A DNA stretch of 63,907 nt, the filler included, from Basidiobolus meristosporus CBS 931.73 (Eukaryota > Fungi > Basidiobolomycota): assembly GCA_002104905.1 (NCBI GenBank). It is 3 parts of 3 records of this genome, joined end to end, with 100 filler letters (N's around TTAATTAATTAA, not from the genome) between each part and the next. Parts side by side here need not be neighbours in the genome. Positions count along the whole stretch, not along the records: positions 56,201 to 63,907 come from MCFE01001347.1; 2 more parts are not named here. One strand, given 5' to 3'. Made by a program: the position numbers and the translations under genes. The notes beneath the pieces were generated by a model that saw nothing but the letters and a program-made list of their open reading frames with translations, did no database searches and was not told the origin of the DNA. Shown one piece after another: positions 58,433-63,907 of the stretch. Positions within the stretch are counted from its first letter, which is position 1. Each line of letters opens with the position of its first letter.

Positions 58433-58756
58433 ATATTTTTTACCATTAAATTAATTGGGCGATTTACTTAGCAAGGTCAGCTGAATGATCTGGCAGCATT
58501 GTTCTCTTGTTGGTAATATGGTTGGCGCAATAGGCAGTAACGGCTGCCTACATGGAGGACACCGCATACCAGCCTCGATACAAGCTACCCTCTCCTGAGC
58601 TTGCCCCTAAACCATGAGTGTAGCATTCAAATGACCAAGATGATTCTTTCCAGATGGTATTTTTATGGGTATTTATGAATTCGCTCGCTTGACTCGACCG
58701 GTAAAATGAATGTGAAAAGCATGTAGTAATGCATCGACTGTTATACATATTAATCG

Positions 58757-58829
58757 GGTTCCATTGTGTAGTGGTTATCACATCTGCTTTACACGCAGAA
58801 GGTCGTGGGTTCGATCCCCACTGGAACCA
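58757..58829 (+). tRNA. tRNA-Val (UAC)
   Basis: 73-nt cloverleaf, TCTGC TT TAC AC GCAGA; T4 downstream. Confidence 0.96.
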
Positions 58830-59948
58830 TTTTAACCCATGGGGACACGGGCTTTGCTATTAATCACTGTGTAGATGTACCCTTTTGATATTGGGCGATT
58901 GTGGAGAGACAGATATATATGCTCACTTTCGCTTCACTCCAACCCTGGTTACTCGATAAGCATCTGTTAGTGGGGGAGATGTATACACGTTCTTCCTGAG
59001 TAGAAAAGAGAGGATCAGATCAAGCCTTTTGGGTAGAATAGAGTTAGAGCGGAAAGATTCGGGCCGAGTATGGGTGGGTTCTTCTTTAGGTCGTCCAAAT
59101 ATACTAGAATAGCGTATCAATGAGATTCCTTTTTGTCGGTGTATTTACTTTAGGAGATTGCTTAGCACAGTTACCATTTCGCCACAGCACATATCCAACC
59201 TTTGGACTATAGCTCCAGCCCACCCGCCCAAGCCCTAACCCTAGACGATCATAATAGCTACGATGATTCGCCTTACTGCTCTGATGGCCATATTCACTGT
59301 CGTCGTATCCACTCTGATTATTTTTATTCTTATCATTCCAATCTTATGAAGACGAGGTTTCCATCGGGCATTGTTGTTACAATTCACACCTGTTCCAATA
59401 CTCGAATACTTCCCAAAATACTCTCCAGTATTACCAAGAAAACATCATTTATGGAAATGTGGCAAACCTTTTTTAGGGATTAGGGTTGTTGAATTTCACT
59501 AGTATAAACTTTCCTCTTCCGGAAAGAAAATGTCCTGCTTTTGCGAAAGAAAAAGCGAGTATACCCCCCATTTATCCCCGGGCATTTGTCTACGTCTAAC
59601 CTGGTGTTGCGTCTGGTGAATTGAACACTCGACCCTGATAAACAGCGGGATTGTTTCTTGGCAAGCTAACCACTCGGCCAAGGAACAAGCTCATCAAATA
59701 TCGCCTGCAAGCAACTTCTGTATGCGAAGGCAATAATAGATGGAGTGGAGTGGAGTGGAGTGGATAGCTGGAAATCACTACCCTGAACTCGTGTACAGTA
59801 GACGAGGTAGGTAGCTATTGGAAGGGTTCATCTTTGGAAAGGTGCTTCTGATTTATCCCAACAAGTTTACAATGCCAGAACAATCACTCAATCACCCTGC
59901 ATCCGAAAATTATACGATAATAAAAGTTTGCATTTAGTGTACAAAAAT

Positions 59949-60020
59949 AGGTCTCGCCGAGAATCGAACTCGGATTACAAGATTCAGAGTCTTGGGTGCT
60001 AACCATTACACCACGAAACC
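59949..60020 (-). tRNA. tRNA-Gln (CUG), copy 2
   Basis: Same sequence at +2931. Confidence 0.96.
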
Positions 60021-60522
60021 TTAGTTATTGAATGTCGCACCTGTGATAGTCAATATTTCAGGCGTGCCTACTGGGGTGTTGAATAGGATTGGAAGTAGAA
60101 AAAGATGTACCATACTCCCTGCTTAACTTGACAAAGATAAAGTAAAAGCGCCATACCATACCATACCATACCATGCCATGCCATGCCACGCCGCGCCAGC
60201 CGTTGCTCGGAATCGAACCGAGGTCCACGCGATCCACTGCCGCTATACTACAATGGCTGGATGCTTAGCAAGCACCGCTCGCTTCCCCCTTTTCCATGCA
60301 ATCTCTTTACTCAATATGTTGCCCACGATACCCGACACTCCTCTAGTAAAGTAAAACATGGCTGGTAGGTGGCATCCAACGCGAACCGTCTAGGGCGGCC
60401 GAGCCTATCGCACTATCCTCTGGAATCGATCTGTGCTAGCTATATACTAATAAGCAAGGGCAAGTATCCCCAACTAATGAATGCATTTCCGTGTAAGCAA
60501 TCCATGGGCTACCTAGTAACTG

Positions 60523-60595
60523 GCTTTCGTAGTGTAGTGGTTATCACATGTCCTTCACACGGACAAGGTCCTCGGTTCGATCCCGAGCGGAAGCA
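60523..60595 (+). tRNA. tRNA-Val (CAC), copy 2
   Basis: Same sequence at +2931. Confidence 0.96.
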
Positions 60596-60953
60596 CGATC
60601 CTTTTTGCTAGATTTGTATCTAGCATAATAGATGAGATGAACTAAGTTGTGCGTATCCTATGCAGATTCATATAAATAGCAGTCTGATAGAGCGTTTGTG
60701 TATCCACCTATTTTGCTCCATAGATCTCCCCAGGCTGCATAGTGGCGTATCACCCTTGAAGGGTATTCTGGCAAAGTAAAAGGCACGTATGTATACATCA
60801 CCGTCAAGTGACCTTGGAAAATACTACTACAAAGCCCCTTCCCAACTCATAATTTATATTATATAATGGGTTGATCTAGCTCTGCTTTAGAGAAAACTGT
60901 GCTGTAAATACATTGGTCGATACTCTGGTGAAAATTGAGATTGTTGCATATTT

Positions 60954-61025
60954 GCCTGTATAGCACAGTGGTAGTGCGTCAGTCTTGTAAACTGAAGGTC
61001 GGTGGTTCAATCCCGCCTGCAGGCA
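60954..61025 (+). tRNA. tRNA-Thr (UGU), copy 2
   Basis: Same sequence at +2931. Confidence 0.96.
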
Positions 61026-61281
61026 AAAACTTTTTACCATTACCTGATTGTATTTGAGGTCCTCTCGAGACCTACTCGTGTATCGGTGATCAATTCTAGC
61101 GATCTATATGGTGCGAAAAAGCTCGTCATATGGTAGGCCTGATCTGCTCTACCCCACCCCACCCCTACACTTACAATCGAATCTAGTGTCCTGGCGTGTA
61201 ACATAATGCTTCGTAAATACCAAATGGATTCGGAGCGAACCATTCTATCACTCTTGCTTCAAGACTTAGTAGGGAAAGTAT

Positions 61282-61363
61282 GTCGGTCTGTCCGAGTGGT
61301 TAAGGAGATAGACTTGAAATCTATTGGGCTCTGCCCGCACAGGTTCAAATCCTGTGGCCGACG
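61282..61363 (+). tRNA. tRNA-Ser (UGA), copy 2
   Basis: Same sequence at +2931. Confidence 0.96.
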
Positions 61364-61687
61364 ATATTTTTTACCATTAAATTAATTGGGCGATTTACTT
61401 AGCAAGGTCAGCTGAATGATCTGGCAGCATTGTTCTCTTGTTGGTAATATGGTTGGCGCAATAGGCAGTAACGGCTGCCTACATGGAGGACACCGCATAC
61501 CAGCCTCGATACAAGCTACCCTCTCCTGAGCTTGCCCCTAAACCATGAGTGTAGCATTCAAATGACCAAGATGATTCTTTCCAGATGGTATTTTTATGGG
61601 TATTTATGAATTCGCTCGCTTGACTCGACCGGTAAAATGAATGTGAAAAGCATGTAGTAATGCATCGACTGTTATACATATTAATCG

Positions 61688-61760
61688 GGTTCCATTGTGT
61701 AGTGGTTATCACATCTGCTTTACACGCAGAAGGTCGTGGGTTCGATCCCCACTGGAACCA
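61688..61760 (+). tRNA. tRNA-Val (UAC), copy 2
   Basis: Same sequence at +2931. Confidence 0.96.
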
Positions 61761-62879
61761 TTTTAACCCATGGGGACACGGGCTTTGCTATTAATCACTG
61801 TGTAGATGTACCCTTTTGATATTGGGCGATTGTGGAGAGACAGATATATATGCTCACTTTCGCTTCACTCCAACCCTGGTTACTCGATAAGCATCTGTTA
61901 GTGGGGGAGATGTATACACGTTCTTCCTGAGTAGAAAAGAGAGGATCAGATCAAGCCTTTTGGGTAGAATAGAGTTAGAGCGGAAAGATTCGGGCCGAGT
62001 ATGGGTGGGTTCTTCTTTAGGTCGTCCAAATATACTAGAATAGCGTATCAATGAGATTCCTTTTTGTCGGTGTATTTACTTTAGGAGATTGCTTAGCACA
62101 GTTACCATTTCGCCACAGCACATATCCAACCTTTGGACTATAGCTCCAGCCCACCCGCCCAAGCCCTAACCCTAGACGATCATAATAGCTACGATGATTC
62201 GCCTTACTGCTCTGATGGCCATATTCACTGTCGTCGTATCCACTCTGATTATTTTTATTCTTATCATTCCAATCTTATGAAGACGAGGTTTCCATCGGGC
62301 ATTGTTGTTACAATTCACACCTGTTCCAATACTCGAATACTTCCCAAAATACTCTCCAGTATTACCAAGAAAACATCATTTATGGAAATGTGGCAAACCT
62401 TTTTTAGGGATTAGGGTTGTTGAATTTCACTAGTATAAACTTTCCTCTTCCGGAAAGAAAATGTCCTGCTTTTGCGAAAGAAAAAGCGAGTATACCCCCC
62501 ATTTATCCCCGGGCATTTGTCTACGTCTAACCTGGTGTTGCGTCTGGTGAATTGAACACTCGACCCTGATAAACAGCGGGATTGTTTCTTGGCAAGCTAA
62601 CCACTCGGCCAAGGAACAAGCTCATCAAATATCGCCTGCAAGCAACTTCTGTATGCGAAGGCAATAATAGATGGAGTGGAGTGGAGTGGAGTGGATAGCT
62701 GGAAATCACTACCCTGAACTCGTGTACAGTAGACGAGGTAGGTAGCTATTGGAAGGGTTCATCTTTGGAAAGGTGCTTCTGATTTATCCCAACAAGTTTA
62801 CAATGCCAGAACAATCACTCAATCACCCTGCATCCGAAAATTATACGATAATAAAAGTTTGCATTTAGTGTACAAAAAT

Positions 62880-62951
62880 AGGTCTCGCCGAGAATCGAAC
62901 TCGGATTACAAGATTCAGAGTCTTGGGTGCTAACCATTACACCACGAAACC
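62880..62951 (-). tRNA. tRNA-Gln (CUG), copy 3
   Basis: Same sequence at +5862. Confidence 0.96.
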
Positions 62952-63453
62952 TTAGTTATTGAATGTCGCACCTGTGATAGTCAATATTTCAGGCGTGCCT
63001 ACTGGGGTGTTGAATAGGATTGGAAGTAGAAAAAGATGTACCATACTCCCTGCTTAACTTGACAAAGATAAAGTAAAAGCGCCATACCATACCATACCAT
63101 ACCATGCCATGCCATGCCACGCCGCGCCAGCCGTTGCTCGGAATCGAACCGAGGTCCACGCGATCCACTGCCGCTATACTACAATGGCTGGATGCTTAGC
63201 AAGCACCGCTCGCTTCCCCCTTTTCCATGCAATCTCTTTACTCAATATGTTGCCCACGATACCCGACACTCCTCTAGTAAAGTAAAACATGGCTGGTAGG
63301 TGGCATCCAACGCGAACCGTCTAGGGCGGCCGAGCCTATCGCACTATCCTCTGGAATCGATCTGTGCTAGCTATATACTAATAAGCAAGGGCAAGTATCC
63401 CCAACTAATGAATGCATTTCCGTGTAAGCAATCCATGGGCTACCTAGTAACTG

Positions 63454-63526
63454 GCTTTCGTAGTGTAGTGGTTATCACATGTCCTTCACACGGACAAGGT
63501 CCTCGGTTCGATCCCGAGCGGAAGCA
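63454..63526 (+). tRNA. tRNA-Val (CAC), copy 3
   Basis: Same sequence at +5862. Confidence 0.96.
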
Positions 63527-63884
63527 CGATCCTTTTTGCTAGATTTGTATCTAGCATAATAGATGAGATGAACTAAGTTGTGCGTATCCTATGCAGATTC
63601 ATATAAATAGCAGTCTGATAGAGCGTTTGTGTATCCACCTATTTTGCTCCATAGATCTCCCCAGGCTGCATAGTGGCGTATCACCCTTGAAGGGTATTCT
63701 GGCAAAGTAAAAGGCACGTATGTATACATCACCGTCAAGTGACCTTGGAAAATACTACTACAAAGCCCCTTCCCAACTCATAATTTATATTATATAATGG
63801 GTTGATCTAGCTCTGCTTTAGAGAAAACTGTGCTGTAAATACATTGGTCGATACTCTGGTGAAAATTGAGATTGTTGCATATTT

Positions 63885-63907
63885 GCCTGTATAGCACAGT
63901 GGTAGTG
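63885..63907 (+). tRNA. tRNA-Thr (UGU), copy 3, cut by the window end
   Basis: First 23 nt match copies 1 and 2. Confidence 0.85.

Larger units (their letters stand above)
56201..63907. repeat. Tandem array of a 2931-bp tRNA-cluster unit (56201-59131, 59132-62062, 62063-end)
   Basis: Every ORF and tRNA recurs at +2931 and +5862; no differences seen in the stretches compared. Confidence 0.98.

Noticed and set aside
59020-59090. Faint likeness to the 3' half of 5S rRNA (TCGGGCC..AGTA..TGGGTGGG)
   Set aside because: Only scattered matches, with no 5' half or 5S fold; needs Infernal to revive.
56271-63542. Short ORFs repeated in each array unit
   Set aside because: No protein features, several overlap tRNA genes, and their recurrence only reflects the repeat.

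Overview
Eukaryotic (fungal) genomic DNA in three scaffolded blocks separated by two 100-bp N gaps, each carrying an artificial TTAATTAATTAA linker (24109-24208, 56101-56200). Short GT-AG introns and gene content suggest an early-diverging fungus; Basidiobolus-like is my guess, not established. Block 1 (1-24108) is gene-dense. It holds four consecutive predicted secreted proteins (subtilisin, CAP protein, Ser/Thr-rich repeat protein, Cys-rich protein), then SQR, MOB2, RPS27, a Sel1-repeat protein, a mitochondrial carrier, LCB2, an S9 peptidase whose nucleophile Ser is replaced by Phe, and GNA1. Block 2 (24209-56100) is a CpG-stripped nest of transposons: Ty1/copia elements with half-tRNA-iMet primer sites, a PIF/Harbinger-type (PHIS) element with a 3-bp ANT-type TSD plus two palindromic MITEs, a near-complete Ty3/gypsy with an unexplained third ORF, a decayed chromovirus and solo LTRs. 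Block 3 (56201-63907) is a head-to-tail array of a 2931-bp unit (2.6 copies, apparently identical). Each unit carries five intronless tRNA genes (Gln-CUG, Val-CAC, Thr-UGU, Ser-UGA, Val-UAC), two tRNA-derived Pol III-like elements and pentamer microsatellites. This Entamoeba-like tDNA array is the most unusual structure in the window. All calls are from manual reading; no searches were run.
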